A stretch of 64,000 nt of DNA from Candidatus Poribacteria bacterium (GTDB lineage Bacteria; Poribacteria; WGA-4E; WGA-3G). The DNA lies in contig OZ240248.1 of the NCBI GenBank assembly GCA_965198235.1, forward strand, positions 1,440,001 through 1,504,000, in the 5' to 3' direction. The notes under the pieces are model-generated. The model had not been told where the DNA came from. It made no database searches and saw only the letters and a program-made list of their open reading frames with translations. The translations under genes and the position numbers were made by a program. How positions within the stretch are numbered: position 1 is the stretch's first letter; the number at the start of each line of letters is the position of its first letter. This document shows positions 10,851 through 20,650 of the stretch, piece by piece.

Positions 10851-11321
10851 ATGGCGACCCAAAATCAATTGTTTGAAGGGCACACCGATTTCATCGCGAC
10901 CCGCGGCGTTAAAGAATATCGAGAGACGATTCCTGTGTGGATAAATGCCCAGGATGTCGTGTTGGAAATCGGCTGCGAGTGGGGAACAACGACGAACCTG
11001 ATTGCACCCCATTGTAAAAAAGTTATTGGTACTGACATCAGTCTCAAATGTATTGAACGTGCAAGGGAACGGCACCCTGAACTCCATTTTGAAGTACTTG
11101 ACGGTTTTGATGTTAGAGCAGCACTCGAACTCGGCGAACCGTTCAGCAAAATTTACATTGATATGTCCGGAATGTCAGGCTACAACTCTCTGCTTGACAC
11201 AATTGCGCTGCTGACTTCCTACGCCACGGTCCTACGTCCGGAGGCAATCATCATTAAAAGTAGCGCGTTAAAACGTTTTGCCGGACACTGCAATCCGTGG
11301 CGTTCCCCAGTGAATCAGTAA
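10851..11321 (+). CDS. class I SAM-dependent methyltransferase
   Basis: VLEIGCEWG motif I and VIGTDIS motif II; ATG 10851 chosen to avoid overlap with the upstream gene. Confidence 0.75.
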   Translation: MATQNQLFEGHTDFIATRGVKEYRETIPVWINAQDVVLEIGCEWGTTTNLIAPHCKKVIGTDISLKCIERARERHPELHFEVLDGFDVRAALELGEPFSKIYIDMSGMSGYNSLLDTIALLTSYATVLRPEAIIIKSSALKRFAGHCNPWRSPVNQ

Positions 11322-11367
11322 AAAAAATCAGTACCCGGTTTTCTTTTTTGCCCTTGAGAAGAAAAAA

Positions 11368-11517
11368 TGAAGAAAAATCGATTCCGATGCAACAAAACAG
11401 ACAACATCCGAATTGATACGCGCGTTTTCCACTTTTAAAAAAAGTGAAGGGAAATCGATTTTGACGCAACAAAACAGACAACATCCGAATTGATAAACGC
11501 GTTTGCCGCTTTTTAAG
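11368..11517. repeat. two-copy tandem repeat, period 77 bp
   Basis: gcaacaaaacagacaacatccgaattgata occurs at 11389 and 11466 with similar flanks. Confidence 0.85.
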
Positions 11518-11739
11518 GGATAGTAGTCGGGTGTTTGTGGCGGTGGCCCAAATTAGAATACGAGCGTCTATGATGCAGAGGCTGCGTGTGAGAAGTCTTT
11601 GTATTTTTAGCCGCGAGAACGTAAGCCCGTAACATTGTCCCGCAAACCTATAGAGGCTTGCGCTAGGAGGGCTGGCTCTACGTCGAGGAATGTCAAGTAC
11701 GAAACCCACTCTCACCGAACCGCAAGGTAAATTAGAAAT

Positions 11740-12312
11740 ATGATTCCTGATGATGTATACGTACACCAAACAGTGGAGGGCGATGCCGAGGCGTTCAACG
11801 AACTCGTCAATCGGCATCATTCAAAGATTTATGGGCTTGCCTACCGAATGCTCGGCAATCCTGAAGATGCCGCCGACGCGACGCAGGAAACGTTTTTAGA
11901 GGCATACAAGTCAATTAAGGCGTTTCGATTTCAGTCGCAGTTTGGGACATGGCTATATAGTATCGGCATCAATACGTGCCAGCAGTATATCCGTAAATCG
12001 CAATCGCATGACCGCAAACTTGCCGCTTATACCAGAGAAACGGAAATGGATGGCGCGGTTTCTGAAACGGACTCACCCGAACGGGTGGTGGTGAATACCG
12101 AGCAGAGTGAAATGGTCCAAGGTGCTATCAATCGGCTACCACAAAAACAGCGCGAGGTCGTCACACTATACTATATGCAGCACCTCAAGTACCGGGAGAT
12201 CGCTGAGATCTTGAAGTGTTCGGAAGGCACCGTGGCTTCACGGTTGAATCAGGCACTGAAAAATCTCAAACGGAAGCTGAGCAAATATTATCTCTTGGAA
12301 GGAGGGTCTTAA
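11740..12312 (+). CDS. ECF sigma factor (RpoE/SigW-like)
   Basis: Region 2 DAADATQETFLEAY...FGTWLYSI; region 4 YREIAEILKCSEGTVASRL. Confidence 0.92.
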   Translation: MIPDDVYVHQTVEGDAEAFNELVNRHHSKIYGLAYRMLGNPEDAADATQETFLEAYKSIKAFRFQSQFGTWLYSIGINTCQQYIRKSQSHDRKLAAYTRETEMDGAVSETDSPERVVVNTEQSEMVQGAINRLPQKQREVVTLYYMQHLKYREIAEILKCSEGTVASRLNQALKNLKRKLSKYYLLEGGS

Positions 12313-13037
12313 TGAATTTGAATTGCGAACAGACTCTTAACAATTTGCCACACCTTGTCGTGAAGGGGGATGCGCGGACAACAGAACCGATTTCTGAAGG
12401 AATTTCGCGACGCACCCTTTTGGAGCATCTGCGGACCTGTCCAGAGTGCCAAAGAGAGTACGAAGCGTTGTGGCACACCGCGGATGTACTGGAGAATACA
12501 GAGGCACCAATTCCACCGCCGGAATTAGCCCGGAACATTCAACAGCGCGTCCGGCAACTCCATCGACAACAGCAGCTCGCATTCTTCGCGAGTCCCTTGG
12601 CGTGGTGTCTTGACCAATTAAAGTTGGATCTCTCTCCGAAGTTCGTCAACGCCATCGTCCTACTCTTCTTCCTGGTCGCTTCCGGTTTTGTCATGAAACT
12701 CACATTCTTTACAAATTCGCCGGAACCGGAGTTCGGTTTGACCGCAATGGAAAAAACACGGCTTCGACACGTCAGGATCTCACCGTCTCCATGGGCACTG
12801 ATTAAAAACACTGAAACGAAAGTAGAGAACCCGGGCACACCGCAGCAGTCTGTAATCGCTGCTCAACAGGTGCATGATTACTTCTTCAGTCCAACACAGG
12901 ATTCGTCGAAAATGTGGCGCACCGATACCATAGGTTATGAGGAACAGACAGGTGAAGCCAGCGTTGTTAATTATGCCCGAGATATTACGAGCGAGAAGCT
13001 GACTGTGTTTTGGAATCACATTAAAACAGAATTGTAG
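12312..13037 (+). CDS. zinc-finger (ZAS) anti-sigma factor with a transmembrane helix
   Basis: HLRTCPEC (HxxxCxxC); hydrophobic segment AIVLLFFLVASGFV; ATG overlaps the sigma stop (TAATG) after GGAGG. Confidence 0.8.
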   Translation: MNLNCEQTLNNLPHLVVKGDARTTEPISEGISRRTLLEHLRTCPECQREYEALWHTADVLENTEAPIPPPELARNIQQRVRQLHRQQQLAFFASPLAWCLDQLKLDLSPKFVNAIVLLFFLVASGFVMKLTFFTNSPEPEFGLTAMEKTRLRHVRISPSPWALIKNTETKVENPGTPQQSVIAAQQVHDYFFSPTQDSSKMWRTDTIGYEEQTGEASVVNYARDITSEKLTVFWNHIKTEL

Positions 13038-13039
13038 CC

Positions 13040-13135
13040 TTTTGATTGAACTGAGACCCAATCAAAAATTTCAATTTAACAATTCACCCTATATATGAAA
13101 GTTAAACTTTTGATTGAACTAAAGCCCAATCAAAA
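13040..13135. terminator. two copies of inverted repeat TTTTGATTG-N10-CAATCAAAA (terminator or operator)
   Basis: Copies at 13040-13067 and 13108-13135, immediately after the anti-sigma stop. Confidence 0.45.
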
Positions 13136-13167
13136 AGTATTCACGAAGAAAAAAAAGGAGTATATTC

Positions 13168-13614
13168 TTGAATCGCATTCACAGAATTCTTACCGCAATT
13201 ACCATCATATTGGTGGTTTCCGTTATTAGCAGCTGTTCAAAGATGAATAAACCATCTATTAGTGAAGATAGCGAAGAATCAGGCACTGAACTCTCGCTAA
13301 GCGAAAGTTACAATCAGATCCGAAACGGGGTCCGATTGATCATGGCTTACGACGCGCAAAGCAATTCCTTCAGAGGGACAGTGGAAAACACCACTGGCGA
13401 AACCTTGAAGCAAGTCGTAGTTGAAGTTCACTTGTCAAACGGAAAAGAGCTCGGGCCATCAATCCCAACCGACCTCGCCCCCGGTGAAAAAAAAGAAGTT
13501 GAACTGAAGGCAATCAGCACGAACTTTACCGCCTGGACTGCCCATCCTGAAGTGGGTGTAAGTGAAGGCCGTAGTGGTGAACACGAACGAGACGGGGACA
13601 GTGAACACGACTAA
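13168..13614 (+). CDS. putative lipoprotein (FxLYD-like Ig fold)
   Basis: Signal peptide ending ISSC; GTVENTTG...V.V.V.L...DLAPGEK pattern; SD AAGGAG. Confidence 0.6.
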   Translation: MNRIHRILTAITIILVVSVISSCSKMNKPSISEDSEESGTELSLSESYNQIRNGVRLIMAYDAQSNSFRGTVENTTGETLKQVVVEVHLSNGKELGPSIPTDLAPGEKKEVELKAISTNFTAWTAHPEVGVSEGRSGEHERDGDSEHD

Positions 13615-13886
13615 TACCACATGATTTTGAATTGTAAGGGCGGACCTCTGTATTCGCAGCGGTGAAACCCACAGTGAACACGACCGGGAAGGTGACAGTG
13701 AATTGTAAGGGTGGATCTCTGTATCCGTCCGCTTTTTTGTAAAGACGGCTTTGCATATCCGTTCCTTTGAAGACCTTGATCAGGCGTTTCTTCTCTTGGA
13801 TTTTAACGTTCCAAGGTTACAGGACAACTTAATAGTTCTGACGTTTCTGGTGCAAGTTTTGACTTGCAAACTACGCTAAAATTTAT

Positions 13887-13986
13887 AGGACTTACGCAGT
13901 TGGTTCATAAGTCCCCCTGATAAGGGGGATTTTGGGGGTTAACTATCAAAAAACCTCGCGCCGCATACTAAATTTGCGTAAGTCCT
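13887..13986. mobile_element. MITE-like element, 12-bp TIR AGGACTTACGCA, internal hairpin TCCCCCTGATAAGGGGGA
   Basis: Perfect inverted ends; second copy at 25949-26070. Confidence 0.75.
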
Positions 13987-14003
13987 GATTTATTTAAAAA
14001 AGA

Positions 14004-14032
14004 TTGACACACGATCGCGTTTTGTGTAGAAT
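14004..14032 (+). promoter_or_regulatory. near-consensus sigma70 promoter of the ABC operon
   Basis: TTGACA-N17-TAGAAT. Confidence 0.75.
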
Positions 14033-14039
14033 AACCCAA

Positions 14040-15062
14040 ATGGAAAAATCTTATGAAAAATCACTTCTGGAAGTTTCTGGCTTAAAAACAGTCTTTCCAA
14101 CAGACGATGGTATCGTAAATGCCGTGAACGATGTCAGTTTTGAAATTGGTCGCGGGCAGACCGTCGGCGTTGTCGGCGAAAGTGGCTGCGGGAAAAGCAT
14201 CACCGGACTATCGCTGCTTCAACTCGTGCCCTCACCGGGACGCATTGAAGCCGGCGAGATCCAATTTTATCGCAACCGTGAAGATGACCCCTTAGACATT
14301 GCACAGGTGTCGCCGAAGAGCGAATTGATGCGCCAAATCCGTGGCAACGAAATTGCCATCATTTTCCAGGAACCCATGACCTCCCTTAATCCAGTCTATA
14401 CTGTCGGAAACCAAATTGCCGAAGCAGTCGTCTTACACGAGCAGGTTAATAAGAAGACAGCGCGCGAACGCGCAATCGAAATGATCGCGCGCGTCGGTAT
14501 ACCTGCGCCTACACAACGCGTTGATGAATACCCGCACCAACTTTCCGGGGGCATGCGTCAACGTGTTATGATTGCAATGGCACTCTGTTGTTCACCGACA
14601 CTGCTCATTGCAGATGAACCCACAACTGCACTTGATGTGACGATTCAAGCGCAGGTGCTCGGTCTCATGCAGGAACTCCAAGCGGAAATGGGGATGGCAA
14701 TTATGCTCATCACCCACGACCTCGGTGTCATTGCCGATCTCGCTGATGAAGTCGTTGTCATGTACGCCGGGCGCGTCGTCGAAAAAGGCACCGTTGATGA
14801 CATCTTCTACAATCCTTTGCATCCGTACACGCAAGGATTGCTAAAGTCTATACCTGTCCTCGGAAGAACGCCGCAGAGAACCTTGCCCTCCATACCCGGA
14901 ACAGTGCCACACCCCTTGACGCTGCCGTCGGGGTGCTCGTTTCAACCCCGGTGTTCAGAACGGATGCCAGAATGTGAACGGATGCCAGAACTCGCGGTAA
15001 TCAATGGAAAAACGGAAAACAGTGGACACGCTGTCCGATGCTGGCTTCACACAGATTTTTAA
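14040..15062 (+). CDS. oppD: oligopeptide/dipeptide-type ABC transporter ATP-binding subunit (OppD/DppD-like)
   Basis: GESGCGKS, LSGGMRQR, LLIADEPTTALD, C-terminal HPYT...C...RC oligo_HPY domain. Confidence 0.9.
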   Translation: MEKSYEKSLLEVSGLKTVFPTDDGIVNAVNDVSFEIGRGQTVGVVGESGCGKSITGLSLLQLVPSPGRIEAGEIQFYRNREDDPLDIAQVSPKSELMRQIRGNEIAIIFQEPMTSLNPVYTVGNQIAEAVVLHEQVNKKTARERAIEMIARVGIPAPTQRVDEYPHQLSGGMRQRVMIAMALCCSPTLLIADEPTTALDVTIQAQVLGLMQELQAEMGMAIMLITHDLGVIADLADEVVVMYAGRVVEKGTVDDIFYNPLHPYTQGLLKSIPVLGRTPQRTLPSIPGTVPHPLTLPSGCSFQPRCSERMPECERMPELAVINGKTENSGHAVRCWLHTDF

Positions 15063-15160
15063 TTTATTGCTCCTGGGCTGCGCTCCATTCGATGAGTTTT
15101 GACTGGGTTTGGGAATTTTGACGTTTCTTTTCTTTTGGAAACATTAAACCAAAACGGTAG

Positions 15161-15500
15161 CCTGCAACAACGGCGCAGGCGGGTCTACGGGGAGGCAGAT
15201 GAATGCCCAAACCCAACTGACCGAACCGCAAGGAAAAATTAAAAACCTGCAACAACGACGCAGGCGGGTCTACGGGGAGGCAGATGAATGCCCAAACCCA
15301 ACTGACCGAACCGCAAGGAAAAATTAAAAACCTGCAACAGCGGCGCAGGTGGGTCTACGGGGAGGCAGATGAATGCCCAAACCCAACTGACCGAACCGCA
15401 AGGAAAAATTAAAAACCTGCAACAGCGGCGCAGGCGAATATACGTCGATTAACATTATTCGCTAATTCACCTAACCGAACCGCAAGGTATAATTAAAAAA
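15161..15500 (+). repeat. tandem array of 4 x 85-bp units of the CCGAACCGCAAGG element
   Basis: Units start at 15161, 15246, 15331 and 15416; the first three are nearly identical and the fourth has the same ends but a different middle. Confidence 0.95.
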
Positions 15501-16499
15501 ATGAAATTGCTTGAGGTGAACGATCTCAGAAAGTATTTTCCTATACAGAAAGGCATCTTGCAACGCACTGTCGGGTATGTCAAGGCGGTCGATGGTATCA
15601 GTTTTGATGTCCAACGCGGTGAAACGCTCGGTCTCGTCGGTGAAAGTGGCTGCGGGAAAACCACAGCAGGACGATGCCTACTCCGATTAATTCCACCTAC
15701 AAGCGGGAGTTTCATTTTTGGAGAGGAAGAGGTAGATTTAGCGAAATTGAACCACCGAGAGATGCGTCCCTATCGTAGACGTATCCAGATGATCTTCCAA
15801 GATCCGCATGCCTCGCTCAATCCACGGATGACGGTGGGAGATATCGTCGGTGAGCCGATGCGCGTCAATCAGACCGAAAAAGGAACAGCACTTCAAGACC
15901 GGATTGTTGAACTGTTGGAATCTGTAGGCTTAAGATCACAGGATATGCGCCGATACCCACACGCCTTCAGTGGCGGTCAACGCCAACGCATCGGTATTGC
16001 GCGGGCGTTAGCTCTTCAACCTGAACTCATCGTCGCAGATGAACCGGTCTCGGCATTGGATGTTTCCGTCCAAGCACAAATTCTCAATCTGCTGGCGGAG
16101 CTCCGTGAAAAGTTCCATCTCTCTTATATCTTTATCGCACACGATTTAAGTGTTGTTGAGCACATCAGCGACCGCGTCGCAGTCATGTATCTCGGCAAAA
16201 TCGTGGAGATTAGCGATGCCGAAACCCTCTATCAATCGCCGAAGCACCCTTATACGGAAGCGTTGATATCCGCCGTGCCACTTCCAGATCCGAGTGCGCA
16301 GCGCAAACGCGAACATATCCGTCTTGAAGGGGATGTCCCCGACCCATCTCAACCGCCTACTGGATGCTATTTTCACCCGCGGTGCCGTTACGCAACCGAT
16401 ATATGCAAACAGGAAACGCCAGAACTCCGTCAGATAGCACCCGGTGTTCAGGTGGCATGTCATCACAGTGATACGTTGGAGTTACAGGGAGTGGAGTGA
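15501..16499 (+). CDS. oppF: ABC transporter ATP-binding subunit (OppF/DppF-like)
   Basis: [29 protein letters not shown]. Confidence 0.92.
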   Translation: MKLLEVNDLRKYFPIQKGILQRTVGYVKAVDGISFDVQRGETLGLVGESGCGKTTAGRCLLRLIPPTSGSFIFGEEEVDLAKLNHREMRPYRRRIQMIFQDPHASLNPRMTVGDIVGEPMRVNQTEKGTALQDRIVELLESVGLRSQDMRRYPHAFSGGQRQRIGIARALALQPELIVADEPVSALDVSVQAQILNLLAELREKFHLSYIFIAHDLSVVEHISDRVAVMYLGKIVEISDAETLYQSPKHPYTEALISAVPLPDPSAQRKREHIRLEGDVPDPSQPPTGCYFHPRCRYATDICKQETPELRQIAPGVQVACHHSDTLELQGVE

Positions 16500-17458
16500 T
16501 GTCAAAACAAAAGATGTCTGCAGACCAACTCTCCGCATGCAGAAAGCGACTGAAGCAACACTGGAAAAGCCGGATAGTGGACGAAAGTTTGCTCCATCGG
16601 GCATGGCACGTCGCGCATGAGGTCGCTGCACTACTCTATGAACAGTTCGATGCCACCCAAGTCGCTGTCTTCGGTTCACTCACAGAACCAATGTGGTTCA
16701 CGAAAGGGTCGGATATTGATATCGCTGTGTCAGGACTCTCCCATGATCTCTATGATAAGGCATACAAAAAAGTTATGAACTTTGATTCGGAATTCAAAAT
16801 AGACCTAATTAATTTTGATACATCACAAGGGCTTTTCCGAGAGCGGATAAAACATCAAGCGATTCCTATCGAAAAAAACATGCATGCCCCCACTGGCATG
16901 ACAGATGTGTGGTGGACGCTCTACAAACATCTTCAGGGACAGGTTTTCCCCGTTGACGACGGAGAAGTTTATGAAATGAATCGAAAAAGACTGACACAAC
17001 GCATCAACGATGAACTCACAAAAATAAATGAAATGCTTGAAAGAGTCACGAGAGGTTTGGAAAAACTTGAGGTGGTTCCTATTGATGTTAGAGAATTCAT
17101 CGAAAATACAATCGTTACAGATCTCGCCGATGTCTATAGAGGCATAGAGAGCATCTTTCTCCGGATTGCCCGTGAGGTGGATATGCACGTGCCGACTGGG
17201 AGTAGATGGCATAAAAATCTACTCGCACAAATGGTGGAACAGCGACCGGAACGACCACCCGTGATTTCCGAAAATACCTCTCTCCAATTGGAAAAACTTT
17301 TGGAGTTCCGCCACAAAGTCACTAATATCTATGGTAGACAATTGGTTTATGAAAAAACAGAAGAGCATGCAAAGTCGATTGACGAACTATTTGCAACCGT
17401 CTCTCAAGAGTTTAATGCCTTCACGGATTCTCTCGCGAAGCGTGAGGAGGATGTCTGA
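16496..17458 (+). CDS. fused minimal nucleotidyltransferase (MNT) + HepT-like HEPN protein
   Basis: N-half VAVFGSL...SDIDIAV; C-half P.G..WH..LL.QM...RPPVIS...[10 protein letters not shown]. Confidence 0.8.
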   Translation: MMSKQKMSADQLSACRKRLKQHWKSRIVDESLLHRAWHVAHEVAALLYEQFDATQVAVFGSLTEPMWFTKGSDIDIAVSGLSHDLYDKAYKKVMNFDSEFKIDLINFDTSQGLFRERIKHQAIPIEKNMHAPTGMTDVWWTLYKHLQGQVFPVDDGEVYEMNRKRLTQRINDELTKINEMLERVTRGLEKLEVVPIDVREFIENTIVTDLADVYRGIESIFLRIAREVDMHVPTGSRWHKNLLAQMVEQRPERPPVISENTSLQLEKLLEFRHKVTNIYGRQLVYEKTEEHAKSIDELFATVSQEFNAFTDSLAKREEDV

Positions 17459-19406
17459 AATGCGAAGATTTCCAATAGAAATCCCTCAGACTGTAGCTAA
17501 AGTACTAATTATCTTGCTAATTTTCGTTGCTGGATGTTCAGAAAACCCATTGGAAGATACCTCCGATTTTCCGCGTGGAATTGAGGCAAAAGAGGCACCG
17601 ATGTGGGCAAAACTCGTCGCAGACGGCAAACTCCCGTCTCTCGCCGAACGACTTCCACAAAACCCACTCGTCGCCAAGACGAATTTCGATGGATACGAAC
17701 GCCCCGGTCCCTACGGCGGGACGTGGCACCGATTTCATACACATCCAGATCTGGGCACCTGGAAAATGACAGCGGGTTATGCACCACTCATCCGATGGAA
17801 ATTTGATGCTTCTGGTCTGGAACCCGGTCTTGCTGAAACATGGGAGTTCAATGAGGACGGAAGTATGTTGACGTTGTATCTCCGCAAGGGGGTCAAATGG
17901 TCGGACGGACATCCCTATACCTCTGCCTCATTCGCTTTCTATTATGACTTGTGCCTTGATGAACGGCACAAGTACAGCCCACCGGTTTGGTGTAAGGTAA
18001 ACGGTATTCCGATGGAAGTCGAAACGCCCGATGATTACACAATTGTAATGAAATTCGCAGGTCCCAACTGGCTCGTGCCGCTCTGGTTAGCGACCGGCTT
18101 TTGGTGGTGCAATCAGTATAATATTCCGAAGCACTACATGATGCAATTCCACCCAGACGGCAACGCCAAATATACCGATTTCATTCAATTCGAGAAGGAA
18201 AACATCCCACATCAGACCCCAGAGCGTCCGACGTTGTGGCCCTGGCGGGTGACAAAATATGAAAAGGGCGGCTTCCGTGTTGGGCTGGAGCGCAATCCCT
18301 ATTACTATGTCGTTGATGAACTCGGACGGCAGCTCCCTTACATTGACAGAGTCAAGACGAGTTTGGTGCCTGAGCCGCAGGTTCGCGTCCTCAAGATCCT
18401 CGCGGGGGAGATCGACTGCCAATACCGCGGGATGGAGCTCCGAGATCTCGCACTCTATTTGAAGGGACAGGAGAAAGGGGGCTATAAAGTACGTCGCTGG
18501 AAAAGCACGGCTGGCGCACAACCCGCTATCTTGATTAACTGGACCGCCCCCGACCCTGCGCTAAGACAACTCATTCGGGATCAACGTTTCCGCAAGGCGC
18601 TTGCATACGGCGTTGATCGCGAGAAGTGTAACGAAATCGCATGGCGCGGCTTGTTGGAACCCCAGGCGGCAACCGTCAGCCAAGAGGGATGGCACTTCGC
18701 TGATGAAGACGGGCAAACCCTCTTTGAGGAATGGAAACGCGCCGATGCAGACTTTGATATTGCCACAGGAAACCGACTTCTCGATGAAATGGGACTCACA
18801 GCACGCGATAAGGATGGCTATAGACTGCGTCCAGATGGCAAACGGATTGAGATACTCATGGATGTACCGAGTTCTAATCTCAACAGTCAAGAGAATGACA
18901 TCGGGCTGATTATTCAAGAAGGATGGGAGCAGCTCGGCTTGGAAACCCTGCTCTATACGCCTCCCGGTGCCGAATTAAGTTTGCGGCGCACGCTCGGTAA
19001 ATTCACAATCAGTATGCACGGTGAGGCGGAAATGGATCTCTTCACGTATCCTGATTGGGTGTTTCCGACACTCCCCAAGTACTGGCACCCGAAAGTAGGA
19101 AAATGGTATGAAACGGGGGGTGAAAAGGGTGAACCCGCCACCGGACCCTTAAAACGGTTGCTTGACTTATACGACGAAATTAAGCGAGAACCCGATAAAA
19201 AACAACGACATCAATATGTCCGGGATGCCGTCAGGATTCACATCGACGAAGGACCATTTCATCTCGGTTCCGCAGCGCGTTCGCCATCCCTTCTCGTCGT
19301 AGCGAACCATTTTCACAACGTCCCAAACGACGGCATTTTGGGTCCATGGGCGATTGTCACCCCCGCGACCAGTTATCCCGAACAGTGCTGGCTATCTAAG
19401 GAATAG
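17451..19406 (+). CDS. ABC substrate-binding lipoprotein, family 5
   Basis: Lipobox VAGC; EAPM...LPSLAERLPQNP; LRKGVKWSDGHP; ERNPYY...QLPYID; start placed after GAGGAGG. Confidence 0.9.
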   Translation: MSEMRRFPIEIPQTVAKVLIILLIFVAGCSENPLEDTSDFPRGIEAKEAPMWAKLVADGKLPSLAERLPQNPLVAKTNFDGYERPGPYGGTWHRFHTHPDLGTWKMTAGYAPLIRWKFDASGLEPGLAETWEFNEDGSMLTLYLRKGVKWSDGHPYTSASFAFYYDLCLDERHKYSPPVWCKVNGIPMEVETPDDYTIVMKFAGPNWLVPLWLATGFWWCNQYNIPKHYMMQFHPDGNAKYTDFIQFEKENIPHQTPERPTLWPWRVTKYEKGGFRVGLERNPYYYVVDELGRQLPYIDRVKTSLVPEPQVRVLKILAGEIDCQYRGMELRDLALYLKGQEKGGYKVRRWKSTAGAQPAILINWTAPDPALRQLIRDQRFRKALAYGVDREKCNEIAWRGLLEPQAATVSQEGWHFADEDGQTLFEEWKRADADFDIATGNRLLDEMGLTARDKDGYRLRPDGKRIEILMDVPSSNLNSQENDIGLIIQEGWEQLGLETLLYTPPGAELSLRRTLGKFTISMHGEAEMDLFTYPDWVFPTLPKYWHPKVGKWYETGGEKGEPATGPLKRLLDLYDEIKREPDKKQRHQYVRDAVRIHIDEGPFHLGSAARSPSLLVVANHFHNVPNDGILGPWAIVTPATSYPEQCWLSKE

Positions 19407-19518
19407 CGATCAGCCGTCGGTTTCCATCAGCAGTCAGAGACTGCTTGCAGTCCGAAGACCCATTCCCTCTTCGCTGGTGAGGTTTGTAACCCCGTCAATT
19501 TTCTGGTGTATAAGGACC

Positions 19519-19621
19519 GTAGGTTGGGTTGAACGGAACAGAGAAGGACAATTTCAATAACCTAAATACACTTCAAAACCATATACCGTCATGTCTACTC
19601 AAGGAACGAGTGAAACCCAAC
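19519..19621. repeat. REP-like element GTAGGTTGGGTTGA...GAAACCCAAC
   Basis: GTAG foot plus inverted GTTGGGTT/AACCCAAC ends; related copy in opposite orientation at 35058-35160. Confidence 0.7.
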
Positions 19622-19663
19622 TTAATACTGACAGCCAATAGCCAATAAAAAGGAGATACACCC

Positions 19664-20650
19664 ATAATTACCTATATCATTCGTCGATGTTTGATCGCAA
19701 TTCCGACACTCATGGCGATTTCCATTATCTCTTTTATCATCATCCAACTCCCGCAAGGCGATTACCTTGATCGGGAAATTCAGCGCTTAGAAGAGGAGTT
19801 CGGCGATAGCAGCTCACTGGCGCATGTTGAGGAATTGCGGGCACGCTACGGCTTGAACGAACCCTTGTGGAAACGCTACTTTATTTGGATAAGTGGCTTT
19901 GTGCGTGGCAACTTCGGCGAGTCGTTTGAGTATAAACGAGAGGTCGACGAACTGATATGGGATAGAATAGCCTTCACTCTGATTATTTCTGTCGGATCGC
20001 TCATTTTCACCTATGTTGTCGCTATCCCTCTCGGTGTCTATTCCGCAACGCATCAATACCAATGGTCGGATCATTTTCTCACCTTCCTCAGTTTCGTTGG
20101 GATGTCAATACCGGCGTTTCTCTTAGCATTATCGTTGATGGTTTTTGCATTTGACATCTTCGGCGTTCCGTTGTTTGGGCTGTTCTCCGCTTACTATGAA
20201 GGCGCGCCGTGGACCTGGGGCAAACTCAACGACCTTTTCAAGCACCTCTGGATCCCTGTCATTGTTGTCGGGATTAACGGGACTGCAAGTTTGATGCGAA
20301 TTATGCGCGGCAACCTACTTGACGTTCTGGGACAGCCTTTCGTCCAAACGGCGAGAGCAAAAGGACTTAAAGAGATCGTTGTGGTGAGTAAACATGCCGT
20401 GCGGATTGCAATCAATCCGCTTATCAGCATTTTGGGGATGAGTCTACCCGGCATTCTCTCCGGTTCCGCGATCGTCTCAATCGTCTTGGGGTTACCGACA
20501 GTCGGACCGATTCTCTTACGCAGTTTGTTGAACGAAGACATCTATCTTGCAGGGACGTTAATTATGATGCTGAGCCTCCTTCTGGTTATCGGCAACCTGT
20601 TCGCAGACATAGCCCTCGCTTGGGTAGATCCGAGGATTCGTTATGAATGA
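19664..20650 (+). CDS. oppB: ABC permease (OppB/DppB-like); probable start is a non-canonical ATA at 19664
   Basis: (I)ITYIIRRCLIAIPTL N-terminus; EAA-like TARAKGL motif; DPRIRY end; SD AGGAG at 19651. Confidence 0.88.
   Translation: MITYIIRRCLIAIPTLMAISIISFIIIQLPQGDYLDREIQRLEEEFGDSSSLAHVEELRARYGLNEPLWKRYFIWISGFVRGNFGESFEYKREVDELIWDRIAFTLIISVGSLIFTYVVAIPLGVYSATHQYQWSDHFLTFLSFVGMSIPAFLLALSLMVFAFDIFGVPLFGLFSAYYEGAPWTWGKLNDLFKHLWIPVIVVGINGTASLMRIMRGNLLDVLGQPFVQTARAKGLKEIVVVSKHAVRIAINPLISILGMSLPGILSGSAIVSIVLGLPTVGPILLRSLLNEDIYLAGTLIMMLSLLLVIGNLFADIALAWVDPRIRYE

Noticed and set aside
11254-11820. Longer antisense or overlapping ORFs (e.g. 11254-11820, 23913-24533, 46913-47500, 51717-52214)
   Set aside because: They shadow well-supported genes or repeats and show no recognisable motifs
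13615-13740. Echo of the lipoprotein 3' end (GAACACGAC..GGTGACAGTGAA) between two GAATTGTAAGGG copies
   Set aside because: Looks like a local duplication scar of a low-complexity His/Glu tail; no independent function supportable
15161-15500. 85-, 92- and 154-bp tandem arrays (also 47448 and 49375) as CRISPR arrays
   Set aside because: The would-be spacers are mostly identical within each array, and the unit occurs as dispersed solo copies
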